DNA of 64,000 nucleotides from an uncultured delta proteobacterium (GTDB lineage Bacteria; Desulfobacterota; Syntrophia; Syntrophales; UBA2192): NCBI GenBank assembly GCA_963705165.1, contig CAVPJD010000034.1, positions 1 to 64,000 of the forward strand, read 5' to 3'. Shown piece by piece: positions 21,083 to 30,529 of this stretch (position 1 is its first letter; each line of letters starts with the position of its first letter). The notes under the pieces were generated by a model. It saw only the letters and a program-made list of their open reading frames with translations, ran no database searches and was not told where the DNA came from. The position numbers and the translations under genes were made by a program.

Positions 21083-22228
21083 ATGCAACCCATCTATCTC
21101 GACTACAACGCCACGACGCCCATCGACCCCGAGGTCGCAGCCGCCATGCTCCCCTACATCCGGGAGCATTTCGGCAACCCCTCGAGCAGCCACGCTTACG
21201 GCGTTGCGGCCCGCAAGGGCGTCGAGAAGGCCCGCGGGCAGGTGGCGGCGCTGCTCAACTGCAGCCCCGCCGAGGTCCTCTTCACGAGCGGGGGGACGGA
21301 GTCGAACAACCATGCCATCAAAGGTGCCGCAGGGGCGCATCGCAGCAAAGGAAACCACATCATCACCTCGGACTTCGAGCATCCCGCCGTCACGGAGGTC
21401 TGCGAGTACCTGGCGGCTGACGGGTTCGACATCACTTATGTGCCCGTCGATGCGCACGGGATCATCGACGTGGAGGCTCTCGAAAAAGCCATCACGGAAA
21501 GAACCATCCTGATCAGCGTCATGCACGCCAACAACGAGGTGGGGACAATGCAGCCGATCGGTGAGATCGCCCGCATGGCCCGCCTGCGGGGCATCCTGGT
21601 GCACACCGATGCGGCCCAGTCCGTCGGAAAGATCAGCGTCGACGTGGCTGAGTTGGCAGTTGATCTCCTGAGCGTTGCGGGGCACAAGCTCTATGCCCCG
21701 AAGGGTGTGGGGGCCCTCTATGTTCGCGACGCCGTGCAGCTGGAGAAGTTCATGCACGGCGCCGGCCACGAGACGGGAAGGAGGGCCGGTACGGAGAACG
21801 TCATCGGGGTTTCCGGGCTGGGGGCGGCCTGCGAGGCTGCGAAGCGCGACCTTGCGGCGAACAGGGATCGCATGAAGCGAACCAGGGACCGGCTCGAGGA
21901 GGGACTGCTCCGGGCCGTTGCGGAAGTGCGTGTAAACGGGCACCTCGCCAGACGGCTTCCAAACACGTTGAGCGTAAGCTTCCGGGGGGTTGATGCAGGG
22001 ACCCTGCTTCAGTCGATGGAAGGTCTTGCGGCCTCGGCGGGGGCTGCATGCCACGGCAATTCGGTGGAGTTGTCCCGCACGCTGCGCGCCATGGCAGTCC
22101 CCATCGAATGGGCCCGAGGGACGATCCGCCTGTCGACGGGGAAGTACACGACGGAAGGCGAGGTTGATCGAGCTGTAGAAATCATCGCCTCTGCCGTAAA
22201 ACGACTGAGAACCGGAACGATGGAATAA
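21083..22228 (+). CDS. Cysteine desulfurase, NifS/IscS-like group I
   Basis: YLDYNATTP, GNPSS, FTSGGTESNN, HTDAAQ, GHKLYAPKG, SAGAACH. Confidence 0.93.
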   Translation: MQPIYLDYNATTPIDPEVAAAMLPYIREHFGNPSSSHAYGVAARKGVEKARGQVAALLNCSPAEVLFTSGGTESNNHAIKGAAGAHRSKGNHIITSDFEHPAVTEVCEYLAADGFDITYVPVDAHGIIDVEALEKAITERTILISVMHANNEVGTMQPIGEIARMARLRGILVHTDAAQSVGKISVDVAELAVDLLSVAGHKLYAPKGVGALYVRDAVQLEKFMHGAGHETGRRAGTENVIGVSGLGAACEAAKRDLAANRDRMKRTRDRLEEGLLRAVAEVRVNGHLARRLPNTLSVSFRGVDAGTLLQSMEGLAASAGAACHGNSVELSRTLRAMAVPIEWARGTIRLSTGKYTTEGEVDRAVEIIASAVKRLRTGTME

Positions 22229-22386
22229 TGGAGTGTAGGAATAATGGGTCTCAATGAAAACTGAATTTGAAACCCCGCCACTTAATTATTTTAGTATGTT
22301 TGTGTGGATAAGGGTCTTGAGATTTACATTGCCTTAAGCCCTTAGCCTTATGCCTTGAGCCTTTTTTCGACGAAAGGAGAAAAATC

Positions 22387-23001
22387 ATGAAAGTTCTGGT
22401 TGTTTTCTATTCCATGTACGGTCACATCTATAAGATGGCACAGGCCATCGCCGAAGGGGCAAAGGAGGTTCCGGGCGCGGAGGTAGTGCTGCGACAGGTT
22501 CCCGAGACGCTCTCCGACGAGGTCTTAGGGAAGATGGGCGCCCTGGAGGCCCGGAAGGCCATGGCAAACATCCCGGTCTGCCAGGTCGATGAGCTGGCCG
22601 GGGCCGATGCCATCATCTTCGGCACTCCGACGCGCTTCGGAAACATGTGCGGCCAGATGAGGCAGTTCCTGGATGCCACCGGTCAGCTCTGGGCGAAGGG
22701 TGCACTCGTCGGCAAGGCGGGGAGCGTCTTTGCGAGTTCGGCCACCCAGCACGGCGGCCAGGAATCGACGATCCTGACCTTCCACATCACCCTGCTCCAC
22801 CAGGGGATGGTCATCGTTGGCCTTCCCTACGCGTTTGCGGGTCAGATGCGGATCGACGAGATCACAGGCGGCTCCCCCTACGGTGCTTCGACCATCGCAG
22901 GAGGGAAAGGGGAGCGCATGCCGAGCGAAAACGAGCTTGCCGCCGCCCGCTACCAGGGCAAACACGTGGCAACAATAGCCGCAAAACTCGCGGCCAAGTG
23001 A
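22387..23001 (+). CDS. wrbA: NAD(P)H:quinone oxidoreductase type IV
   Basis: [31 protein letters not shown]. Confidence 0.97.
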   Translation: MKVLVVFYSMYGHIYKMAQAIAEGAKEVPGAEVVLRQVPETLSDEVLGKMGALEARKAMANIPVCQVDELAGADAIIFGTPTRFGNMCGQMRQFLDATGQLWAKGALVGKAGSVFASSATQHGGQESTILTFHITLLHQGMVIVGLPYAFAGQMRIDEITGGSPYGASTIAGGKGERMPSENELAAARYQGKHVATIAAKLAAK

Positions 23002-23140
23002 CCCGTTGCCAGTGATCGGTGGAGGAAAAAATTGGGAGGTATGTGTCGGATAATCTTGCGATTCGAAGGGCGGCGCGTTCAAATGAAAACAGCAAGGCCC
23101 AATTATCCTCAGCAAGTGGGGGTAATTGGGCTCTTTTATT

Positions 23141-23218
23141 AGTGACCAGTGATTAGTGATCAGTGACCAGCGACCAGTGTGAAAACAAGTCACAAACCAC
23201 AAACCACTAATCACTGAC
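23141..23218. repeat. 7-nt tandem array AGTGAyy with a short inverted partner
   Basis: agtgacc agtgatt agtgatc agtgacc agcgacc, then ccactaa tcactga. Confidence 0.75.
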
Positions 23219-23219
23219 T

Positions 23220-23351
23220 TTAGGCCATCTTCTTGATCTTGTTGCTCTCGTCGGGGTTGAGTCCCTTGGCTACCAGTTTCTTTCTTTCCTTCTGGCGCTT
23301 CCACTTCCGCCGCAGTTCCTTTTTTCTTTCGTGCTGCTTGTGACTGCCCAT
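23220..23351 (-). CDS. Small basic protein, 43 aa (DUF6800-like; not in the ORF track)
   Basis: MGSHKQHERKKELRRKWKRQKERKKLVAKGLNPDESNKIKKMA with a GGAGGT RBS. Confidence 0.7.
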   Translation of the reverse strand: MGSHKQHERKKELRRKWKRQKERKKLVAKGLNPDESNKIKKMA

Positions 23352-23463
23352 CCGATACCTCCGTTGTTTTCGCGCTTTTGTAAATAGGCGGGAATCATAC
23401 TAGAAATCACGTTCCCGGGCAAGCCAAATTGCACAGAGGGCTCTTCAAAAAGGGCCTCATGGC

Positions 23464-23496
23464 ATTGTCAACCATAAAATTAATGGGGTTGACAAT
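23464..23496. promoter_or_regulatory. BirA operator overlapping a -35 TTGACA
   Basis: ATTGTCAACC-N13-GGTTGACAAT perfect inverted repeat upstream of birA-bioY, matching the TGTnAAC-N15-GTTnACA BirA box. Confidence 0.88.
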
Positions 23497-23548
23497 CGAT
23501 GCCGCGAATGGTATTGGATGACGCTCCCGCGAAGGGGGGTCGTATATT

Positions 23549-24529
23549 ATGGCAGCAAACACAAGACATTACCTGCTTGTGAGCCTCAAGGAGGCACAAG
23601 GCAATTGGGTGTCCGGCGAGGAATTGAGCCGGAAGCTCGGCATCACGCGCACGGCGATCTGGAAGCAGGCCTGCAGCCTGAGAAGCGAAGGCTACATCAT
23701 CGACTCCTCGACGCGGAAGGGTTACCTGCTCAGGGAGGCTCTCGACCGGCTCCTTCCCGCCGAGATCGAGGCCTCTCTGCGGTCGAAGCGCCTGGGGCAC
23801 AAGATCGTTTTCGAGAAGGAAGTGGATTCGACAAATCGCCTCGCCAGAGACCTGGCCATCGCGGGGGCCGTCGAGGGGACGCTTGTCGTCGCCGAGTCGC
23901 AGACAGGAGGGCGGGGCCGCAAGGGGCGCAACTGGTTTTCTCCCCCCGGAGAGGGGATCTATCTGTCCCTTGTGCTGAGGCCCCGGTTCCAGCCGGCCGA
24001 GGCGCCGAAGATGACCCTCCTTGCCGGGGTGGCCCTGGCAGAGACGCTCATTCCGGCCGTACCATCCAGCATCACCATCAAGTGGCCCAACGACGTCCTG
24101 GCTGAGGGGAAGAAGGTAGCCGGCATTTTGATCGAGATCAGCACGCAAATCGACGCCATCGATTACATGGTCGTCGGGGTCGGGCTGAACGTCAATACGC
24201 CGCTCGAGAGCTTTCCTGACGAACTTCGCGGGCGGGCGACCTCGCTTGCGGCCGAGATCGGGTGCCCCGTGCGCCGTGTGGAAATCCTCGGGGCCTTTCT
24301 GGAGCGCTTCGAGCGTTATTATGATCTGCTCGGCAGGGAGGGGTTTGGCCCCGTGATCCAACGCTGGCGAGAGCTTTCCGACATGGCGGGCAGGCGCGTC
24401 CGGGTGCACTCGTTCAACGGGTCCCTGGAGGGCACCATCGCGGGGATCGACGACGATGGCGTGCTTGTGCTGAACGGGGCGGACGGCACCGTCGAGCGCG
24501 TGATTTCGGGGGATGTGGAATACATTTGA
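23549..24529 (+). CDS. birA: Bifunctional biotin ligase/repressor
   Basis: N-terminal HTH (SGEELSRKLGITRTAIWK), DSTN, QTGGRGRKGRNW, KWPND, KKVAGIL. Confidence 0.97.
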   Translation: MAANTRHYLLVSLKEAQGNWVSGEELSRKLGITRTAIWKQACSLRSEGYIIDSSTRKGYLLREALDRLLPAEIEASLRSKRLGHKIVFEKEVDSTNRLARDLAIAGAVEGTLVVAESQTGGRGRKGRNWFSPPGEGIYLSLVLRPRFQPAEAPKMTLLAGVALAETLIPAVPSSITIKWPNDVLAEGKKVAGILIEISTQIDAIDYMVVGVGLNVNTPLESFPDELRGRATSLAAEIGCPVRRVEILGAFLERFERYYDLLGREGFGPVIQRWRELSDMAGRRVRVHSFNGSLEGTIAGIDDDGVLVLNGADGTVERVISGDVEYI

Positions 24530-24532
24530 CGG

Positions 24533-24640
24533 GCTAAAGGCAAAAGGCGAAAGGCTTAAGGCTTAAGGCGAAGGGGAAGAAGACGAAATAAAAAATCTCC
24601 ATTCCATGGCCCTATGCCATACGCCTTTAGCCATAAGCCC
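24533..24640. repeat. Inverted pair of 7-nt tandem arrays
   Basis: aggcaaa aggcgaa aggctta aggctta aggcgaa, then ccctatg ccatacg cctttag ccataag. Confidence 0.75.
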
Positions 24641-24689
24641 ATGCAGCGAATGCGCGGCAGGAACAAACTCGGAAAGATTGAAGTGACGA

Positions 24690-25226
24690 ATGACAGCTGA
24701 TCGGTTATCGACAAGAGGCATGATCTACGCCTCCATGTTCGGGGCGCTTACGGCCATCGGGGCCCTGATCTCCATCCCCCTGCAGCCGGTGCCGGTGACG
24801 CTCCAGACGCTGTTTCTCTACCTCGCGGGCTCTCTTCTCGGGGGGAGAGTCGGGGCGCTCAGCCAGATCATCTACGTGATCCTCGGCGTGATCGGCCTGC
24901 CGGTCTTCTCGGGCGGCAAGGCCGGTCTCGGCGTCTTCCTGGGGCCCACGGGCGGCTATCTCCTCGGCTTCATCGCCGGCGCCTTCGTGACGGGCAAGAT
25001 CGTCGAAGCACGGGAAAAGCCCGGCCTTGTCTGGATCGTGATGGCCATGCTGGCGGGCACGGCTGTTGTCTACACGCTGGGCGTTCTCCAACTCGTCCTG
25101 CTCGGAAAATTATCCGTCGAGAAGGCCGTCGCCGCAGGGGTGCTGCCTTTTCTGCCGGGCGATGCGCTCAAAATCGCCGCCGCCTCGGTGATTGTCATGA
25201 AAGTGAAGGACAAGATCCGGTTATGA
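24690..25226 (+). CDS. bioY: Biotin ECF transporter S component
   Basis: PVPVTLQT, GLPVFSGG, GPTGGYLLGF, PFLPGDALK. Confidence 0.95.
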   Translation: MTADRLSTRGMIYASMFGALTAIGALISIPLQPVPVTLQTLFLYLAGSLLGGRVGALSQIIYVILGVIGLPVFSGGKAGLGVFLGPTGGYLLGFIAGAFVTGKIVEAREKPGLVWIVMAMLAGTAVVYTLGVLQLVLLGKLSVEKAVAAGVLPFLPGDALKIAAASVIVMKVKDKIRL

Positions 25227-26065
25227 TCAAGGCAGAGCATCTCGTTTACCGATACGAACCGAAGGACGCGCCCGTCCTGGAGGGGGTGAGCCTGGAAATA
25301 CCCGAGGGGCAGTACGTGGCCGTCATCGGCCCCAACGGGTGCGGGAAAACCACCCTTGTGAAACATTTCAACGCCCTGCTCGTCCCGCAGGAAGGGGAGG
25401 TCCTCGTCGACGGCCTCAGTACAAAAGACCCCAGGGCCCATCGCGAGATCCGCCGGCGCGTCGGCATGGTCTTCCAGAACCCCGACAACCAGATCGTGGG
25501 AATGAGCGTCGAGGAGGACGTCGCCTTCGGGCCGGGCAACCTCGGCCTTGCGGCTGCGGAGATCCGCGGGCGGGTGGCGGTGGCCCTTGAGACGGTGGGG
25601 ATGCTCCGGTTTGCCAGGCGCGCCCCCCACTCGCTGTCGGGAGGCGAAAAGCGCCTTGTGGCCATAGCCGGCGTGCTGGCCATGAGGCCGGCCTATGTGG
25701 TTCTCGACGAGCCCACTTCCTATCTCGACCCGGCGGGGCGCGAGCGGGTTCTCAACGTCCTCTGGGACCTCAGGCAGGAGGGGATCTCTGTCATTCACGT
25801 GACCCACAGCATGGACGAGATCGTCGATGCCGACCGGGTCGTCGTGATGAGCGGGGGGAAAATCCTTCGCGACGGAGCCCCGCGGGACGTATTCCGGGAA
25901 GCCGATTTCCTGCGCACCGTCGGTCTCAGCACGCCCCAGGTCACGGAGCTCATGGGACGGCTCCGGGCACAGGGCTGCGGAGTTCGGCCGGACGTTCTCT
26001 CCGTGGAGGAGGCCTTCCGCGAAATCTCCGCCCTTATCAAGGCGGGCACGGGAGGCGGCCGGTGA
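25223..26065 (+). CDS. ECF transporter ATPase (BioM/EcfA)
   Basis: GPNGCGKT, VFQNPDNQ, LSGGEK, LDEPT. Confidence 0.95.
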   Translation: MIKAEHLVYRYEPKDAPVLEGVSLEIPEGQYVAVIGPNGCGKTTLVKHFNALLVPQEGEVLVDGLSTKDPRAHREIRRRVGMVFQNPDNQIVGMSVEEDVAFGPGNLGLAAAEIRGRVAVALETVGMLRFARRAPHSLSGGEKRLVAIAGVLAMRPAYVVLDEPTSYLDPAGRERVLNVLWDLRQEGISVIHVTHSMDEIVDADRVVVMSGGKILRDGAPRDVFREADFLRTVGLSTPQVTELMGRLRAQGCGVRPDVLSVEEAFREISALIKAGTGGGR

Positions 26066-26853
26066 AGACGCTGCTCCTTGGCCAGTTTATTCCCGGGGAC
26101 TCCGCGGTTCACCGCCTCGACCCGCGGGTGAAGATCCTCACGGTCCTGCTGCTCAGCATCGTCATCCTGAACGCGGGCGCCGTCGAGAGCCTCATCGTCA
26201 CGGCGTTTCTCCTGGCGGCCGTGGCCCTCTCGGGCCTGTCCGGTGGCCAGGTCGCGGCGGCGCTCAAGCCGCTGTCGTGGTTCTTTGCGATCCTGTTCTG
26301 CCTTCATCTTTTCTTTACAGACGGGCGGCCGATTTTTGCCGCCCTGCCGGTGGTGACCTACGAGGGTCTCAAGCTCGGGGCCGCCGTGACCTGGCAGTTC
26401 GTTGCCCTCGTCGTGAGCGCCGCCGTCCTCACGATGACGACGGCCCCCTCGGAGCTCGTGGGGGGCTTCGAGAGGCTTCTGAGGCCCTTCAATCGCCTCG
26501 GCGTGCCGTCCCACGACATCGCCATCATGGTCTCCGTGGCACTGCGGTTCGTCCCCACCCTGCTCGAGGAGGTGGAGCGCATGAAGGAGGCCCAGGTGGC
26601 CCGGGGCGCCGACTTCGCAGGCGGAGGCGTCATCAGGCGGCTCAGAAAGATGGCCACCCTCGTCATCCCCCTGATCCTCTGCACCTTCCGCCGGGCCGAT
26701 GAGCTGGCCCTGGCCATGGAGGGGCGCGGCTATCACCGGGGGCCCCGAACCTACCTGCGCGAGCTGAAGTTCAGCAGGGCCGACTATGCCGCCCTTTTCG
26801 CCGTCACAGCCTTCCTGGTCGGCGTCGAGGCGCTTCGCTTCCTGCCCCTCTGA
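26062..26853 (+). CDS. ECF transporter T component (BioN/EcfT)
   Basis: LDPRVK, ALRFVPTL, AQVARG, AMEGRGY. Confidence 0.95.
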   Translation: MKTLLLGQFIPGDSAVHRLDPRVKILTVLLLSIVILNAGAVESLIVTAFLLAAVALSGLSGGQVAAALKPLSWFFAILFCLHLFFTDGRPIFAALPVVTYEGLKLGAAVTWQFVALVVSAAVLTMTTAPSELVGGFERLLRPFNRLGVPSHDIAIMVSVALRFVPTLLEEVERMKEAQVARGADFAGGGVIRRLRKMATLVIPLILCTFRRADELALAMEGRGYHRGPRTYLRELKFSRADYAALFAVTAFLVGVEALRFLPL

Positions 26854-26991
26854 AGGCGGCCTTTGCGCCGACCCCTGGCCGCCGCCGGGAGCCTTTTTTA
26901 CGCTCCGAATCGTTTAATTATACATCTTTGGTTGCAGTTCGCGAAAAAGAGAGTTATATAGAGCCGTTAAAATACGCATTGGACGGATTTC

Positions 26992-27879
26992 ATGAAGGGC
27001 AAATGGCTGTGGGTGGACACCCGGCAGAAGCTGCCGAAGGTCCGGGAGGAGATCGAAGGGTCAGCCGTCATCGCCATCGACACGGAGTACGACTCGTTCA
27101 GGTATTTCCGGGAGAAGCTCTGTCTGCTGCAGATTTGCACGGAGCAGCGCATCTACCTCATCGACCCCCTCGAGGCGAGCATAGACCTGTCGTTTCTCGG
27201 CAAGACGTTCGCGAACCCGGACCAGGTCAAGGTCATCCATGCCGGCGACAACGACGTCCGCATCCTGAACCGCGATTACGGTTTTGAGTTCAACAACGTC
27301 TTCGACACCCACAGGGCCGCCTCCCTTCTCGGTTGCAACCACCTTTCCCTTTCCTCCGTCATCGAGCAATACCTGGGTCTGCGGCTGGAGAAACCCAAGA
27401 AGATGCAGCGCTCCCGCTGGGAGAAGCGGCCCCTGACGGAAGATCAGCTCAACTACGCCGCCGAGGATACCCAGCACCTCATCCCGCTGTACCGCCGGCT
27501 CAACGCGGAGATCGAGGCGAAGGGGCTGCAGTGGCAGGCGGCCCGCGCGTTCGAGGGAATCGCCGCCGTGCGGTGGGCGGAAAAGAAGATCAACCTTCGC
27601 GGCTACCGGGGGATCCAGGGTTACGAGACTCTCACCGGCGAGAAGAAGAGAAGGCTGCGCGAGCTTTACCGCTGGCGGTTCCTCAAGGCCCAGGAGTCGA
27701 ACATGGCCCGCTTCATGATTTTCTCGGACCAGGACCTCTTCGACATCGCCAGGGCCGATTCCGTCTCCCTGGACGGGCTGATCCGCAACGGGGGCCTCTC
27801 GCCCAAAAAGGCGAAGACCTACGGCAGAGAGCTCCTGAACATTCTGAGTGGAAGCGATTCCGAAGAAAAAATCAGCTGA
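26992..27879 (+). CDS. rnd: Ribonuclease D-like 3'-5' exonuclease with HRDC domain
   Basis: AIDTE, LCLLQI, FDT, W..RPLT..QLNYAAED. Confidence 0.88.
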   Translation: MKGKWLWVDTRQKLPKVREEIEGSAVIAIDTEYDSFRYFREKLCLLQICTEQRIYLIDPLEASIDLSFLGKTFANPDQVKVIHAGDNDVRILNRDYGFEFNNVFDTHRAASLLGCNHLSLSSVIEQYLGLRLEKPKKMQRSRWEKRPLTEDQLNYAAEDTQHLIPLYRRLNAEIEAKGLQWQAARAFEGIAAVRWAEKKINLRGYRGIQGYETLTGEKKRRLRELYRWRFLKAQESNMARFMIFSDQDLFDIARADSVSLDGLIRNGGLSPKKAKTYGRELLNILSGSDSEEKIS

Positions 27880-27928
27880 TCTCGCCCCGTATCTCACCCC
27901 CCTAAATGCCTTGAGTTTGTCTTCAGGC

Positions 27929-28035
27929 ATCAAGACTGCGAAGATCGGAAGAGCAGAAGTAAGGAATAGCGGATAAGAGAAAGAACAATCCGCCATCCGA
28001 TCCGAGCTTCATCACTTCATAGCTTCCTAACTTCT
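27929..28035. repeat. Second copy of the 8-nt paired-array element seen at 1335-1430
   Basis: atcaagactgcgaagatcggaagagcagaag matches 1335-1365 at 28 of 31 positions; a cttcnnnn array follows. Confidence 0.75.
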
Positions 28036-28040
28036 ATATC

Positions 28041-28130
28041 TTTATTGTCCTGGGCCACCCCGGTTATTACCCGCGGTTCGGCTTCATTCCCGCATTGCGC
28101 TTCGGGATTACTTCAACGCCATGGAGGTGA
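28041..28130 (+). pseudogene. GNAT (YhbS-like) acetyltransferase fragment
   Basis: FIVLGHPGYYPRFGFIPA motif with no start or N-terminus. Confidence 0.75.
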
Positions 28131-28640
28131 TCATGCAGCAAAGGGCCGGCAACCCCGATAGCTCTTGATGAACAGGGAAAATCATGCAAGACTAAACCGC
28201 ATCTAACAAACCAGGATCTATAAGAAAAACAGATTATGTTACGTATAGCTTCCTGAACTCATTAAAAGCTGATTCAGAGCTCACAGAAGGATTACAATTT
28301 GCAAGCGTCAACCGTTTTTCCGACGGTGGATTCCAGTGTTTTTGCAGATGAAAATATTCATTCATAATCAGTGACATATGTTATCATGGGAGTGGAACGT
28401 ATCCGTTCTTCCCTTGTATTGCATGACCCCAAAGGGAAAGGGGCGATGCATGGCCCTATCTGCTGATCTGTTGGTATGATGAATCACGTCTTGTCCGGAT
28501 CATCCTAAATGCCTTCGCTTCGTTTGACCTGTCCCTTTGAAGCGGATTCAGGGATAAAACCACAATGCCAGGAAACAAAGGCCCCTGCATGTCCCGAATT
28601 GGAAATGTCACCCCAATGAAGATAAGGCAAGGAGAAATCT

Positions 28641-29585
28641 ATGAAAAAGGCAAAGCAAGTCACGTCTTCAAAGGAAATCGATTGCACCTACTATGAGGCG
28701 CAGCCACCCAGAATGGTGGATGGAAAAACATTTCCACCGACAGAATCGATGAGGGGCGAAATGGGGAGAGCAGAACTCAAACTCGATGATGTAGTCGATC
28801 CAGATTATCCATGGCAAATGCTTGATCACGATAGCCCCGGCGGCAAAAGAAGGATGGAAGAGATCAAACGACGAAAGGCCGCGGCGGTGAAGGATTACGT
28901 TGTGATCCATACGCGGTTTTGGCAACAGTTCAGGGAGCCATTGTATTATTCCGGTGACCGTACAGAGATATTCAGCTATACGATCGGACATAATCGTGCC
29001 CAGTCCAGCTCAGTTGAAGCAGGTATTGAAATATCGCTGGGGCTCCAAGAAGGGATGTTCAAAGGCGAGCTCAAGGGATCCTTGAAATGGACATCCAGAA
29101 CTGAGGAATCCTTCTCGGAATCCGCAACGAAAACCATTGAACAGCATTATCAAGGAGATTGTTGGTATTTATTTTGGCAGACGATGACCGATTTAACCGT
29201 TTATCGCAGGAAAAAAGAAAGTCCCGACGTATTAGAACAGGTGAAAATAATTGTCGCGCCGTCTAATCTTGTCATGATGGATCCGTTCCCGAGGCCAAAG
29301 GTAGAAGGCAAACCCAAGATGCCACTGCGTGCTTCAACGGTTACGCTAGATCAAGGCAAGTCCCATGTTTTTGGAGGATATGTATTCGCCAACACAAAAG
29401 TCTACGTGAAGAACTCGTCGAATAATGATGATGGCCAGCTTACGCTAAGCTGGCTTAGTCTTGGTGGAAAGATCATCATTGACGTCGGTCTCGGAGACAC
29501 CAAACATGTTTCTAAGTATTTGCCGATAGATTTTAGGGCGATAAACAGCGGTGTTGCGCAACTTAAGGTTTGGACCGATACCTAA
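28641..29585 (+). CDS. Hypothetical protein, putative aerolysin/Toxin_10-like beta-pore-forming fold
   Basis: AT-richer ORF with AAGGAG RBS; Ser/Thr-rich amphipathic beta segment (see findings). Confidence 0.55.
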   Translation: MKKAKQVTSSKEIDCTYYEAQPPRMVDGKTFPPTESMRGEMGRAELKLDDVVDPDYPWQMLDHDSPGGKRRMEEIKRRKAAAVKDYVVIHTRFWQQFREPLYYSGDRTEIFSYTIGHNRAQSSSVEAGIEISLGLQEGMFKGELKGSLKWTSRTEESFSESATKTIEQHYQGDCWYLFWQTMTDLTVYRRKKESPDVLEQVKIIVAPSNLVMMDPFPRPKVEGKPKMPLRASTVTLDQGKSHVFGGYVFANTKVYVKNSSNNDDGQLTLSWLSLGGKIIIDVGLGDTKHVSKYLPIDFRAINSGVAQLKVWTDT

Positions 29586-29740
29586 TTTGCCGAAACTCGG
29601 TCTTCTAGAGGGATCAGGGGCAGCACGACCTTCTCCTTGATTTCACGCGCGAATCTTCATGGGGTCTCATCCCATGGGTCCAAAGAGTTGCAGGTGCACT
29701 CGTCTCATGTCTTTTCTGCGGGCATGACCCGGATCAACGA

Positions 29741-29774
29741 AAAAGAGGCAGGGCCTTTGCGCCCTGCCTCTTTT
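29741..29774. terminator. Bidirectional rho-independent terminator
   Basis: aaaagaggcagggc-ctttgc-gccctgcctctttt between convergent genes. Confidence 0.85.
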
Positions 29775-29797
29775 GCAATCCATTTTGATCCGTTGTT

Positions 29798-30529
29798 TCA
29801 GACGGCCGGTTTCTCCTGCTCGCAGCCGGCGGCGGAAGGCCTGGGCCCTCGCGCGTCCTTCTCCGGCTCCTCGATGAGCACTGCGTAGGCCCCGAAGTGG
29901 CCGTCGTGGCTCAGGCTCAGATCGAGCGTTGTCCGCTTGCCCTGGTAGTAAAGGCGCGGGGGCCCGGGGCGGCTGCCCGACTCCGTCCTGCGTATTTCCA
30001 TATCCTTTTGATTCCAGCCCAAATGGGTCGCGACGCAGCGCTTGAGGGCCTCGCGAACGATGCGGGACTCCACTTCCAGAGAATCGACACCCTTCATCTC
30101 TGGCAGGACTTCCACCCGCCAGAAGACATAATCGAAGAACTCTTCTCCTTCCGAGAGGGCCAGGGCGTGGATATAGGTGCAGCGCCGGTAGATTCGTAAC
30201 GGGATTGTTCCTTCGGGCGTCAGCACGGCCCCTTCGACGTGGGGGTTGCAGGTTCCTGCGTCCGTCGAGGTTCCCCTCAGGCCGTAGTCGTCCAGGTGAA
30301 CCTCGTAGGCCCTGGGGATGAAAGGAAGCGCAGGGTCCTCTTTCGCGAGGACCTTGAAGGCTGCTTCCTTGCCGGACCAGAGGGCCCAGAGCAGGACATC
30401 CTTCTCCGGGAATTGATCGAGCCGTTTGCGTTCAGCGGGTGTCAAGACCCGGCTGACGTACCGCTGATCCAGGCTCTTTCCCCTGTTCTGGGGATCCGTC
30501 AAATCGACGATATCGTTCCCTACTCTCAA
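29798..30529 (-). CDS. 4'-phosphopantetheinyl transferase
   Basis: VGNDIVDL, LWSGKEAAFK, LSLSHDG; TTG start after GGAGGAG. Confidence 0.88.
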   Translation of the reverse strand: MRVGNDIVDLTDPQNRGKSLDQRYVSRVLTPAERKRLDQFPEKDVLLWALWSGKEAAFKVLAKEDPALPFIPRAYEVHLDDYGLRGTSTDAGTCNPHVEGAVLTPEGTIPLRIYRRCTYIHALALSEGEEFFDYVFWRVEVLPEMKGVDSLEVESRIVREALKRCVATHLGWNQKDMEIRRTESGSRPGPPRLYYQGKRTTLDLSLSHDGHFGAYAVLIEEPEKDARGPRPSAAGCEQEKPAV

